From: Patescibacteria group bacterium
GTDB taxonomy: Bacteria > Patescibacteriota > Microgenomatia > UBA8517
Assembly (NCBI GenBank): GCA_041742135.1
Contig: JBGSJG010000008.1
Span: 96,518 to 160,517 of the forward strand
DNA length: 64,000 nt
Direction of reading: 5' to 3'
Below the pieces are notes generated by a model, which was not told where the DNA came from, made no database searches, and was given only the letters and a program-made list of their open reading frames with translations. The translations under genes and the position numbers were made by a program. Position 1 is the stretch's first letter. Every line of letters starts with the position of its first letter. Below are positions 8,969 to 18,345 of the stretch, piece by piece.

Positions 8969-10388
8969 TCAGTACTTTCTCGTTGTCAAAAAGTTTGGGA
9001 ATGCCCTTTTGTACAAAAGAAGGTCTGTAAACCCTGATTCGCTCGATTACTTCATTATTTTTTCTGTAAACGTTATTGACATAAATATAATTATTTTCAA
9101 GCATGTACTGAGCCAAAATTGGATCGTGGAACCATGCGTTTCTGTTATACATTATTTCCCCGGGGAGTAAATTAGCCCACCAAGCCCATTCGAGTTGGTA
9201 AGTTGTCAAAAAATTTAGATAGAAACTAAAAACGAAAGTAGTCGCGACTAGAATTTTTGCAATTTTCCTGTTTATATATTTTAAAGAATAGCTTGTGAGG
9301 AATATGTAAATTGGGACGGATTCTGATAGTAACCGTGCGTTTAGTGCCCCCCCTCCTATCCACATCCACCAGGATGAAGCAAACGCCACAAAAAGTATTG
9401 CCACAGGCAATATCGCTGTCAGAAAGAGTTCTTCTTCTGTTCTTTCCTCACGTCGCCTAGCGATTTTCCAAGCCCCAAGCACGCCAAGAAGCAATAATGG
9501 AGAGTAAAAGAACAAGCCAAAATTGAAACTAAAAAGAATTGATATTACGTTACGGATGAACTTTTCAAGGCCCCATGTCGTAAGAGAGTAGGACATTTCA
9601 CTTTCCAAACCATAAGGTACGCCGAGTTCTCGGTACCAAAGTGTAATAAACCCATAGGTAAGCGCAAAGCCTAACCCTATAACAAACATTTTCTTGAACA
9701 ACTCTTTAGTAATTCCACTTTTTGCCACAATTAATGCAAAAGGAAAAAATAAATAAAGTACATTACTAATTCTGACTTGAGTAAAAAGTCCAGCGATTAA
9801 TCCTGCTACCAGAAAAGGAAATAATTTGTTTTTTGCGCTTAGTAAAATCCACACATAAAGCATAATTAGAAAAAGTGAAACTCCGTGCATTGTATTGGCT
9901 TGAGATGCGGTGTTAAAAATATTAGTGCAAAATACATAAATCGCAGTCATAAGTAACGGTTTTGCATGCCCTTTTGAAAATCGGCTTAATATCAGAAATA
10001 CAAATATTACAGAAAGAGATGTGTAAAGTGATGCAGTAATTTTTCCTGCATACTGGTGATATGCAGAGTTAAAAATCTGCGTTTCTGTTAAATAGTCAAT
10101 CCCAAAATATTTGTTAACTAGATAGAATGGTGGAGTAGACAAAAGGCCAACTAGTGGTGGAGATTTAGAAAACACGATTCCATTTTCATTAGTAACCTTA
10201 ATGCCTGCAAGGCCACCTTCATCGATCAGTTCTTTGTAGTTTGTTAAGTCAATGCGGTTTTCAAAAATGAGATTCATGGCCACAAAGTTGTTTGGTATCG
10301 AATCAGTAGTAGGAAAAAAGCGAAGTGAATGCGTAAAAGAGAAAAATGAAACCAAAAAAACAACTAAAGCTAGTAAGATTTTTTTCAT
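8949..10388 (-). CDS. Polytopic membrane protein, putative GT-C-type glycosyltransferase
   Basis: 479 aa. N-terminal signal/TM, a large first extracytoplasmic loop, then about 10 TM helices. Placed next to a GT2/DUF2304/oxidoreductase set. Confidence 0.4.
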   Translation of the reverse strand: MKKILLALVVFLVSFFSFTHSLRFFPTTDSIPNNFVAMNLIFENRIDLTNYKELIDEGGLAGIKVTNENGIVFSKSPPLVGLLSTPPFYLVNKYFGIDYLTETQIFNSAYHQYAGKITASLYTSLSVIFVFLILSRFSKGHAKPLLMTAIYVFCTNIFNTASQANTMHGVSLFLIMLYVWILLSAKNKLFPFLVAGLIAGLFTQVRISNVLYLFFPFALIVAKSGITKELFKKMFVIGLGFALTYGFITLWYRELGVPYGLESEMSYSLTTWGLEKFIRNVISILFSFNFGLFFYSPLLLLGVLGAWKIARRREERTEEELFLTAILPVAILFVAFASSWWMWIGGGALNARLLSESVPIYIFLTSYSLKYINRKIAKILVATTFVFSFYLNFLTTYQLEWAWWANLLPGEIMYNRNAWFHDPILAQYMLENNYIYVNNVYRKNNEVIERIRVYRPSFVQKGIPKLFDNEKVLITLDER

Positions 10389-11650
10389 CGGATGGCTTTA
10401 GCAACTTTTTGTCCCAGTTCGATTGCATAATTCGTTCCGCGGTCCCACGGATACACCTGTTGAATATTTGCAATAAACAAATTAGGTAATGGAGTACTAA
10501 AGTTTGGTATTTTTTTTGAATAGTTTTTAGTAACAACAGGTTGGGCAAATGGGGCTTTGGCAATGTACACATTGTTAATCCAGCTTTTTTGGAAGTTTTT
10601 ATTAATTCTCTTTATGTAAGGTGTAAATATTTTAACGAGTGTTGCTGAATCAAGCGAAAAATAATCGTGTGTTACGGGAAGATAATTCCCAATATAGACC
10701 AAGTGCTCGTTGGCATAGTTTTTTTTGTTCATGAAATTGGTATGTTCAACGACTGCCAAAAAAGGATAGTTGAGATTGTTTACATTAAGCCAATATGTGC
10801 CGTCAGTCAGCAATTTGTTTTTCAAAGACAACACGATTGTAATCGCCCCGATTCCTTTGAATGAATTAATCTTTTTTGAATACGAAGCAGGGAGGCCTTT
10901 AGTAATTTTAGAAAAAAGACTAAAGGGAAGAGTGCAAATGACTTTATCAAATTCGAGTTTTTCTTTGTCGGTTGTGATAACAATTTTTCCTTTACTGCTT
11001 TTAACTGTGCGAACTTCGGTGCTAAATTCAAACTTAACGCCCTTTTTGCTTAAGCTTTTGGTGTAGCTATCGGCAAATTTTTGAAAACCCCCTTCAGGGT
11101 AGCTCAAAGAAGGCGTTCTTTTTTTAATTCGGGCCCAAAACCAAGAAGCGGGGATTTTTTTTGTTTCGCTCCCAAACTTTCCCACAAACAAGGGTTCCCA
11201 CAAGAGGTTCCATGCCCTTTCTCCCATCGTGGAGCTAACAAATTTTACTGCAGATATTTTTTCCAAAGGTTTCCAAAAAGGCACGACTTTAAGAGCTGTG
11301 ATCGTTGCTCCGACACGCAGTTTGTCTAGTAAGCTGATTGCCGGAAAACTCAGAAGACTTGCAGGGGAATCGAAAGGGTAGTAGTTGTCCCCAAACAAGA
11401 TTGAAGTTTTCGGGCGAACAGTTATTACTTTGTGTTTTAATCTCTTTGCTGTTTCAATGGCAAAGTAGTCATTTGTGAACCAGTGATGATAATGTCCTTC
11501 GAGGCTCCACTTCCATGAATTTTTTTTAAACCCCGACGCTAACCCGCCCGCTACGTTTGATCGCTCGATTACAGTTACTTCGCAATTTGGAGATAATGAC
11601 TCAGCAGCCGCAAGTCCTACAAAGCCTGCCCCAATTATTCCGACTTTCAT
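10385..11650 (-). CDS. FAD/NAD(P)-binding oxidoreductase (amine-oxidase/UDP-galactopyranose-mutase-like fold)
   Basis: 421 aa. N-terminal dinucleotide-binding MKVGIIGAGFVGLAAAE, ...IERSNVAGG, and EGHYHHWFTND resembling the UGM HGPHIFHT region. ATGA-coupled to neighbours. Confidence 0.55.
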   Translation of the reverse strand: MKVGIIGAGFVGLAAAESLSPNCEVTVIERSNVAGGLASGFKKNSWKWSLEGHYHHWFTNDYFAIETAKRLKHKVITVRPKTSILFGDNYYPFDSPASLLSFPAISLLDKLRVGATITALKVVPFWKPLEKISAVKFVSSTMGERAWNLLWEPLFVGKFGSETKKIPASWFWARIKKRTPSLSYPEGGFQKFADSYTKSLSKKGVKFEFSTEVRTVKSSKGKIVITTDKEKLEFDKVICTLPFSLFSKITKGLPASYSKKINSFKGIGAITIVLSLKNKLLTDGTYWLNVNNLNYPFLAVVEHTNFMNKKNYANEHLVYIGNYLPVTHDYFSLDSATLVKIFTPYIKRINKNFQKSWINNVYIAKAPFAQPVVTKNYSKKIPNFSTPLPNLFIANIQQVYPWDRGTNYAIELGQKVAKAIR

Positions 11651-12000
11651 TTCTTTCGGCTCCTGGTTTTTTTGATCTGGCTAATTGTCTGAGTGCGTAC
11701 TAATTGCTCGATCTTTTTTTCAATTTCTCGGTTTTTCATAAAGTTATCAAAGCTGATTATTGCAAGAACTGCAAATGCCATGAGCATCAACAAGTCCAAT
11801 ATCCTGATCACGTTTAATGGTTTGATAATCGGCTCAAGTATTTCAGGGAAGAGCGTGAGCGTGATGAACCCAAGCCATAAAACAGTCCAAAGAAAAAAGT
11901 CACCTGAAGTCAATTTACCCTTTTTGTAATTGATAAAATTTACATAAAGCATGAAGAATGCAAAAAGAAGAGCTAATAGTTGTATTCCTAGCAAATGCAT
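11647..12000 (-). CDS. DUF2304-like small membrane protein (commonly paired with GtrB-like GT2)
   Basis: 117 aa, three to four TM helices, with a charged C-terminal tail. Immediately downstream of the GT2 polyprenol-P glycosyltransferase gene. Confidence 0.5.
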   Translation of the reverse strand: MHLLGIQLLALLFAFFMLYVNFINYKKGKLTSGDFFLWTVLWLGFITLTLFPEILEPIIKPLNVIRILDLLMLMAFAVLAIISFDNFMKNREIEKKIEQLVRTQTISQIKKTRSRKK

Positions 12001-12007
12001 AATTTAA

Positions 12008-12670
12008 TTAATCAAATCGCCATTTAAAAACTGACGGTAAAATTGCCAATGCGTCTAAAATTGAGACCCCTTTGTGTTTATCTATGTAGATAGTAGAAAT
12101 CTCAACTTCAGCGTATTGTAGTTTGTTTTTACCTGTTCTTGCAACCACCTCTGATTCAATTCCGTATCTTGGGCTTTTCCATTCAATTTTTTTGTAGGCA
12201 TCTTTATTGAAGGCTAGATAGCCGCACAATAAATCTTGGCGATATATACCAAACATCAAATGTATAAGCGAAGCCCCGAATTTGTTACCGATGAGTCTCA
12301 CAAGCGGAGCCTTGCCCACTAACTTCCTTTTGCCGAAGACAATGTCGTTTGAGCGAAGACTGTCTGCAAAGCGCGGAATGAATTTCGGATCGTGCTGGCC
12401 GTCAGCGTCGAGAACTATAATGGATGTAGCCCCGATATCGAATGCTGCTTCGCAACCAGTTTTTAATGCAGCACCTTTTCCTAAATTTATCTTATGCCTC
12501 AATGGTACCACTCCGTGCATAGTCGCGTTTTGGGCAGTTTTGTCTGATGAACCGTCGTCGACGACAATAATTTTATAGCCGAATTTTAATGTCTTTTTCA
12601 GCACATCTTTGATCCGAGCCGCTTCGTTATAAGCGGGGATTACTATGAAGATATTATTTTTCGATTTCAT
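12008..12670 (-). CDS. GT2 polyprenol-phosphate glycosyltransferase (GtrB/DPM1-like)
   Basis: 220 aa. IFIVIPAYNEAARI, IIVVDDGSSDKT and the DxD motif VLDADGQHDP. Confidence 0.8.
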   Translation of the reverse strand: MKSKNNIFIVIPAYNEAARIKDVLKKTLKFGYKIIVVDDGSSDKTAQNATMHGVVPLRHKINLGKGAALKTGCEAAFDIGATSIIVLDADGQHDPKFIPRFADSLRSNDIVFGKRKLVGKAPLVRLIGNKFGASLIHLMFGIYRQDLLCGYLAFNKDAYKKIEWKSPRYGIESEVVARTGKNKLQYAEVEISTIYIDKHKGVSILDALAILPSVFKWRFD

Positions 12671-14222
12671 CGATTAGTTGGCTAGCAAAATTCTCTCTAG
12701 AAAAATATTTTGCCTTTTGAACCGATAACCTGGAAAGTCTGGCGAGCTTTTTAGGACTGTTAATTAATGAAGCTGTTTTGTCAGCTAGTTCAGAAATAGT
12801 TTTCCAAGTTTGCTCTTCATTGTCTCCCACCGTTTCGCTTAATCCGCCTTCTTTGTAAACAATTGGAACTGCGCCTGCAGCCATTGCTTCGACTGGAGTA
12901 ATACCAAAATGCTCAGTTCTTATTGGTTCACGGTTTGCGTTTACTCCGTAACCGGTTGCATGCCAGTATATCGAAGCCTTGCCGTAGTACTTTTTAAGCT
13001 CGTAAAAACTTGCATGATAATGAAACTTTATTTTATAGCCAACAGAACTGGCCTCAACGGTGGAGACATAATCTGTATGCTGTTTGCCTGCAGAGATTCC
13101 ACCAACCAAGTGAAGCTCCCAATCTGTGTCTACCATGTGTTGATCCACCATCCTCTTGAAGGCTTCGATTAGAATATCTTGCCTTTTAGCATGCCCACCG
13201 ACAAAAAATCTTCCAACATTAAGAATAATTTTTTCCTTTTTGGCTGCTTTAAATAAATGTGTATCGATAGGTGGGTACAAAACGCCCGCTTCGCGCCCCC
13301 AATATTTTTTGGTCCATTTTTGTGAAAACTTGGAATCTGCCAAAAGAGACTTGTATGTATCCAAACCGGCTGCGGTCTTATAAGAGGAGCTTCCGTAAAG
13401 TGCCATTTCGTAGCGGGGCATATAGCGCTTAATTAGGTTCCACATAAAAAAGCGGGGGTTTCTAACAGTCATACTTACAAGACCAAGTGCATTAGCGTTG
13501 TCCTTGCCGTCTACCAAGATGTCAATTGCGGTATTACTGTTTTCCGAAATAACTTCCAGTTTGCAGGCCATAATATTAAAGTCGTGATCAATGTATCGGT
13601 CGACGACTTTTACACTTGCATTTGGAGAAGCAAAGCTTACAAGCGCCAAGGAGGAACGACTAATCTGCTCGACATAAATTCTTGCAATCATACTAAACTT
13701 TTTCGGAGTGTTGGAAAATACAATTGTATTCTTGGCACTCAACCACCTGCCACCTCTCGTATATACATCGTCGATTGGTTCAAGCCCTTTAATAACTTCT
13801 GGAACGATTAGCATGTTTCGGAGTATGGGCAGTACTGTTTCGTACTTAAGAAAGCCAAGTAAAGAATTTTTCATCGGGGTGGGGAACAATATGTAGTAAA
13901 TCGATTTCTTGGCCAAGGATGGTAAGTGGTCCAGAAAGCTAACGTTAATAAACAAATCATACTTTTTTGTTTTTGGTGACAAAATCGAGTAGCTTCGCTC
14001 ATACCAAACCACCGTATTAACGCGGGATAAGTCGACGCCCATTTTGGACTCCAGTTGTCCCATATCGCAGTCAAAGTTGGAGATAATATCAACCTTGTGG
14101 CCTGCTTTTGATAAAACTTCCGCCATGACCGTCGCTACTTTTTCTCCTCCTCCCATGGAGTTGAGCCATTTGTCGTAAATACCTACACGCAATTTTTGTG
14201 AACTAGTTTTTTTTGTTTTCAT
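12654..14222 (-). CDS. GT4 (GT1-fold, retaining) glycosyltransferase
   Basis: 522 aa. C-terminal Glycos_transf_1 signature EHFGITPVEAMAAGAVPIV and an N-terminal GT4 domain with a long insertion. Confidence 0.7.
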   Translation of the reverse strand: MKTKKTSSQKLRVGIYDKWLNSMGGGEKVATVMAEVLSKAGHKVDIISNFDCDMGQLESKMGVDLSRVNTVVWYERSYSILSPKTKKYDLFINVSFLDHLPSLAKKSIYYILFPTPMKNSLLGFLKYETVLPILRNMLIVPEVIKGLEPIDDVYTRGGRWLSAKNTIVFSNTPKKFSMIARIYVEQISRSSLALVSFASPNASVKVVDRYIDHDFNIMACKLEVISENSNTAIDILVDGKDNANALGLVSMTVRNPRFFMWNLIKRYMPRYEMALYGSSSYKTAAGLDTYKSLLADSKFSQKWTKKYWGREAGVLYPPIDTHLFKAAKKEKIILNVGRFFVGGHAKRQDILIEAFKRMVDQHMVDTDWELHLVGGISAGKQHTDYVSTVEASSVGYKIKFHYHASFYELKKYYGKASIYWHATGYGVNANREPIRTEHFGITPVEAMAAGAVPIVYKEGGLSETVGDNEEQTWKTISELADKTASLINSPKKLARLSRLSVQKAKYFSRENFASQLIDEIEK

Positions 14223-15595
14223 TACGAAAATTTTTTAAGTTGAGTCAAGCTTAATCTTTTAGCTCTTAAAAGTCCATGCAAAAAGGGGACTACGATTGAT
14301 AAATTTACTTTTACTCTGGAAACAAAACGCTGCCTAGCCATTTTTAGGTTACGTCTCCGAACATAATATAGCGGAATTGCAAAAGTGGAATATGTTAGAT
14401 AAACCAACCACTGCCAAATTGCTAGGTGCCTTGGCCAGTGTTTTGCTACAAAGAGCAATCTTCCTCGTTCAACATGGTAGACAAAAAATTCAGACCATTC
14501 CTGGCTAGATGCTGAGTGAATGTGCCGTACAACACACTTTGGGGAGTAAATAATTTTCCATTTTGACTCACGCATCCTAAGAGATAATTCCCCGTCTTCG
14601 TAATACATAAAAAAGTCTGGATCAAAATGGCCAACTTCCATAAGTGCTTTCTTGTTTAAAAGCACACCAGCCCCGCAAAATCCTTCAATTTCTTCCTCTT
14701 CGGCATATTGCCCCAAGTCCTCTTCGTAGAATTGCTGACTTTTGTAAACTATTGACCCCCGATCACGGCTAAAACCGTCACGAAAATAATAGTTGCCTGC
14801 ATTTTGAATTAAGTCGGAAGTAAATTCACGAGAATTATTAAGCTTTAGTTCAACTTTTTCCCCTTGGCCAATCTGTGCGAATTTCTGTTTTTTTGCAAGT
14901 TTGCCTTTAAGAAATATCTTATACTCACTTTTCCTGAATGGTTTGATTTCAATTTTGAGGGTAAAGGGCTTATTGAAAGAATGTTTGACAGGCAGGAATA
15001 AGCTTTCGGTAAAAAGCGTTTGAGTGTCAAGCGGAATGAGAAACGGCTCAACATTTGTTCCGTTAGCTCCGTGAGGTATAGAAAAATCTGAAAAGGCAGC
15101 CTCCTCAATTTTTACGGGTATATACTTGTCGATCAGAACCATTTTAGCGTTTACTGCGCCAATTTTTTGAGTTCGGCTCCACTTGGTGAAAGTAGCGACG
15201 ATTTCTGATAAGCAGTTTTTATCAAGCTCAGTGTCGTTATTGACCAAGAAGAACAGCTCGCCACGCGCTTTGGTCATTGCCAAGTTATTACCTTTCCCAA
15301 AGCCTATGTTCTGGGGCGATTTGATTATTCTAGTTTTTGGATAATTCTCTTTGATAAATTTTACAGAGTTGTCGGTCGATGCGTTATCAACAACTATTAC
15401 CTCGAATTTGTTTTTCGGATAATTTTGTTTGTGTGCTGAGCTCAAGAAGGCATCAAGATATTTTTTGCCGTTATAATTGACGGTGATTATTGATACAAAT
15501 TTGTTATTTGCCATTGCGAAAGATGCGTTCAATTTTTTCTTTCCAATAGAATGCTTTTGATGAAACGATTTGCTTTCGAATATAGAGCAAATCAT
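14222..15595 (-). CDS. GT2 family glycosyltransferase
   Basis: 457 aa. FVSIITVNYNGKKYL, VIVVDNASTDNS, FFLVNNDTEL, plus a long C-terminal extension. Confidence 0.75.
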   Translation of the reverse strand: MICSIFESKSFHQKHSIGKKKLNASFAMANNKFVSIITVNYNGKKYLDAFLSSAHKQNYPKNKFEVIVVDNASTDNSVKFIKENYPKTRIIKSPQNIGFGKGNNLAMTKARGELFFLVNNDTELDKNCLSEIVATFTKWSRTQKIGAVNAKMVLIDKYIPVKIEEAAFSDFSIPHGANGTNVEPFLIPLDTQTLFTESLFLPVKHSFNKPFTLKIEIKPFRKSEYKIFLKGKLAKKQKFAQIGQGEKVELKLNNSREFTSDLIQNAGNYYFRDGFSRDRGSIVYKSQQFYEEDLGQYAEEEEIEGFCGAGVLLNKKALMEVGHFDPDFFMYYEDGELSLRMRESKWKIIYSPKCVVRHIHSASSQEWSEFFVYHVERGRLLFVAKHWPRHLAIWQWLVYLTYSTFAIPLYYVRRRNLKMARQRFVSRVKVNLSIVVPFLHGLLRAKRLSLTQLKKFS

Positions 15596-15667
15596 TTTTC
15601 TCTTTTTCGAGCCTTTTAATTTCTTTTTTTAGTAAACCGTTTTCTTTACTTAATTCTTTAATGGTTT

Positions 15668-16552
15668 TCATGAGCGTGTGGCAATTGATTTTTTAAAATT
15701 ATTATATGCTTGCCAGGATTTGAAAAATCGCGAATTAACCAATTCTTCTACTTCTAAGCGGAGCGGGAATATCTCGTTTACTAGGTTGATTATCTCAGAC
15801 TTGAGCTGGGAATTTTCCTCAAGACGAATATTTAGCTCTTGAATTTTTTTATTACTTTTTTTAGATAATATTCTGTATTTGTCTACAAGGTCATAATACT
15901 TTGCCCAGATATCTCTAAAGCAAAGAATTTCGTCATAATCATTACTTAAAAATATTAACCCCAACCCGTGAGAGTGAAAGAAATCAAAGTAGGGGTGCTT
16001 CTTTTTTAACTCATTCCATAGCCGGTAGACTTCAAAGTCGCCCTTTGTTTCTTGGGTGTCGTGGAAAAGAACTATGCCATTTGTTTTAACTTTACTGACC
16101 CACCTATCAAAATCGTGTTTAACTGCCTTGTAGGTGTGAAGCCCGTCGATATGCAAAATATCTACTGACTTGTTGTCAATCCTTTGAGATCCAATATCAA
16201 ATGACTGTTTAACGAGTTTGATACTTACCTCGTTATACACTTTTTTAGAAATGTTTTTTACGTTTTTAAAAATGTCAGGACCGTAAAAACCTGTGTGTTT
16301 GTCTCCTTCCCAGGTGTCAACACCCACAAGTTGGCACTTCATTTTTCCGTCTTTGATTGCTTGGGCCATTGAAAAAAGTGAACCGCCTTTATAAGTGCCC
16401 AACTCAACGATTTGTGTGGGTTTTAAATTTCGAATCAGATCGTAAATAAAATATCTATGCCCTTCCCAGGCTGAAGAAAGATCTCCAAATTCTTTTTCAT
16501 ATTCAAATTTTGGTGAATAGTAAATCCAATCAAGTGGTTTAACCGTTAACAT
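15668..16552 (-). CDS. SAM-dependent O-methyltransferase (Methyltransf_24/TylF-CmcI-like)
   Basis: 294 aa. VELGTYKGGSLFSMAQ, VGVDTWEGD, LHIDGLHTY. C-terminal 70 aa are predicted coiled-coil. Paralog of 22336..22995. Confidence 0.6.
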   Translation of the reverse strand: MLTVKPLDWIYYSPKFEYEKEFGDLSSAWEGHRYFIYDLIRNLKPTQIVELGTYKGGSLFSMAQAIKDGKMKCQLVGVDTWEGDKHTGFYGPDIFKNVKNISKKVYNEVSIKLVKQSFDIGSQRIDNKSVDILHIDGLHTYKAVKHDFDRWVSKVKTNGIVLFHDTQETKGDFEVYRLWNELKKKHPYFDFFHSHGLGLIFLSNDYDEILCFRDIWAKYYDLVDKYRILSKKSNKKIQELNIRLEENSQLKSEIINLVNEIFPLRLEVEELVNSRFFKSWQAYNNFKKSIATRS

Positions 16553-16561
16553 TTTATAGGT

Positions 16562-18112
16562 CTATATTTTAGATCTTAGTGATTTTAAACGATAAATGTA
16601 CTTTGCGTAAGTGACTGATTTCGGCGTGCCCACCCTTTTTAAAATTTTTTTATATTCCAAAATTCGTCTTTCGCTTCTGGGGATACAAATTTGTTTATAA
16701 ACTTCGGGAAGCAAACCTGCTTTATATAAATCGTACCAATCCTTCCAGTGCCAACCTAACCCGGGTGATTTATCGGGATTTTTCAAGTATGATTTTCCGC
16801 CATTTACAACCTTTGACTTGAATTGACTGTATGATCTGATTGAAAAATGGTGAATGAAAATATGCTGAACATCGATCCTTTTCTGGGGAGCATCTCCAGA
16901 CACCAAGTGGTTGCCTTGCTCGATTTTTACAAACTCCGAGGCGGTCATTACTTTAGGATGGTAAATATGCAAAAACAACCGCCAACTTGGATCGCGAGAA
17001 TATTCAGCAGCATGGGTGTAAGGATTGGATACTATGTATTTCTTGGAAGTTAAAGGGGTATTGTGTAACTCCGGCAAGTAGTTGATAACTGGAACATAAT
17101 ATACTTCGTTTTGCTTTGGCAATTGAGTTTTAAGATCTCCTGAGGTCGGGTACCAGAACTCGTCTGCATCTGCATGGAGGAGGTGAGTAGCTCCGAAACT
17201 ATCGACAGCCTTCTTTGCCATTTTTGATACCCACTTGCTTTGCTCGTATGTGTGCGTTTTTTCATTGTTTAAATCGAGAACCCCTTGCTTTTGGTATTTT
17301 TTGAGAATTTCCAAAGTCCCATCCTTTGATCCGTTATCAGTAGCTACGATATAGTCGACACCATGGTTTAGGTGGAAGCAAATGTTATTTTCTATTATGT
17401 CGGCTTCATCTCGGACGAGTAATGTCATGACTAGCCGTGGCTTGGTAACTTTGTGTTTGGAGACCGCACGATTTTTCCCCCATCTGTGAGACCAGTGGTG
17501 TATGGCGTGAGTATTTTTCTTAATGCAATCTTTGTTGTAGGTTTGATTCCACGCGTATGGATAAAAGTACGATGGTGGATAAATCATTACGTCGTCGACT
17601 CGAACTCCTTTTTCGTTATATTTTTTTAGACCGTGATTTTCGAGTAATTTAGTTACCAACCTCGGAGAGGAAACGTTTGCTTCTTCTGTGCCATCAAATG
17701 TGTCAAGAAGATTGTTCATACTTTCTTTGATAAACCAGTGATGTTTATTGGCACCAAAAACGGCGTTGTTAACCCAATCACCCTGATCTTTATGTGCTGA
17801 TTGAAACCCGAAAAAGCACTTATTCCTTAACAATTCGTCAAAATTTTTTAACACTAATACGTCTGTATCAAGGTAGACTCCACCGTGCTTGTAAACAGCC
17901 ACCAGGCGAAGTAAGTTAGAAATATTTGCCCAATTTTTTGACTTGAATGCTTTTTTGAAATAGGGGATTTCTAAATCGACATCTTTGTCGCTCCAAAGCA
18001 TTAGTTTGTAATCTGGATTGTGTTTGAGCCAAGAACGAATAAACCTATCCTTTTTGGGGTTTGGTGCACGTTGGTCGCCAACCCAGACATAGTGAATTAT
18101 TTTTGGAATCAT
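16562..18112 (-). CDS. Two-domain glycosyltransferase: N-terminal GT32 (DXD sugar-binding region) fused to a C-terminal GT-A (GT2-like) domain
   Basis: The MIPKIIHYVWVGDQ...YKLMLWSD...DTD block is characteristic of GT32. The C-terminal half has LLVRDEADIIENN...ATDNGSKDGT...HADADEF (GT-A DxD). The ORF track starts at 18142, but the duplicated remnant at 22339 supports the internal Met (18112) as the true start. Confidence 0.7.
   Translation of the reverse strand: MIPKIIHYVWVGDQRAPNPKKDRFIRSWLKHNPDYKLMLWSDKDVDLEIPYFKKAFKSKNWANISNLLRLVAVYKHGGVYLDTDVLVLKNFDELLRNKCFFGFQSAHKDQGDWVNNAVFGANKHHWFIKESMNNLLDTFDGTEEANVSSPRLVTKLLENHGLKKYNEKGVRVDDVMIYPPSYFYPYAWNQTYNKDCIKKNTHAIHHWSHRWGKNRAVSKHKVTKPRLVMTLLVRDEADIIENNICFHLNHGVDYIVATDNGSKDGTLEILKKYQKQGVLDLNNEKTHTYEQSKWVSKMAKKAVDSFGATHLLHADADEFWYPTSGDLKTQLPKQNEVYYVPVINYLPELHNTPLTSKKYIVSNPYTHAAEYSRDPSWRLFLHIYHPKVMTASEFVKIEQGNHLVSGDAPQKRIDVQHIFIHHFSIRSYSQFKSKVVNGGKSYLKNPDKSPGLGWHWKDWYDLYKAGLLPEVYKQICIPRSERRILEYKKILKRVGTPKSVTYAKYIYRLKSLRSKI
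18058..18112 (-). repeat. Copy A of a roughly 55-bp direct repeat (5' end of the GT32 gene); copy B is at 22268..22339
   Basis: A 33-nt exact match (ggtttggtgcacgttggtcgccaacccagacat) is flanked by about 22 nt of roughly 70% identity. The differences include synonymous codon changes. Confidence 0.8.
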
Positions 18113-18345
18113 AGCTGCATTATAAAGCGAAGTGGTATCCAAAGCATAACAAGTAAATCATACCCTAAGCCTTTACAATCAAAAAGATATCAAGAATAAT
18201 CGGTTTGAGCCTGTGAAGGTCGTTAAGGCAACATACGCAGTAAATCTCAACATGGTATATTTATACAACCAAGTGACCTCTGGTGTAAGCGCCAAAGGAA
18301 AGTATCTTGTTAGCTCAGTCAAATTTCGTATAAAAATGTAAAATA

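Noticed and set aside
18113-18142. A 10-codon N-terminal extension (MDTTSLYNAA) of the GT32 gene in the ORF track
   Set aside because: The duplicated remnant at 22339 begins exactly at the internal Met and is ATGA-coupled there, and GT32 enzymes normally begin immediately before the IPKIIH motif. The upstream Met is therefore probably not the native start.
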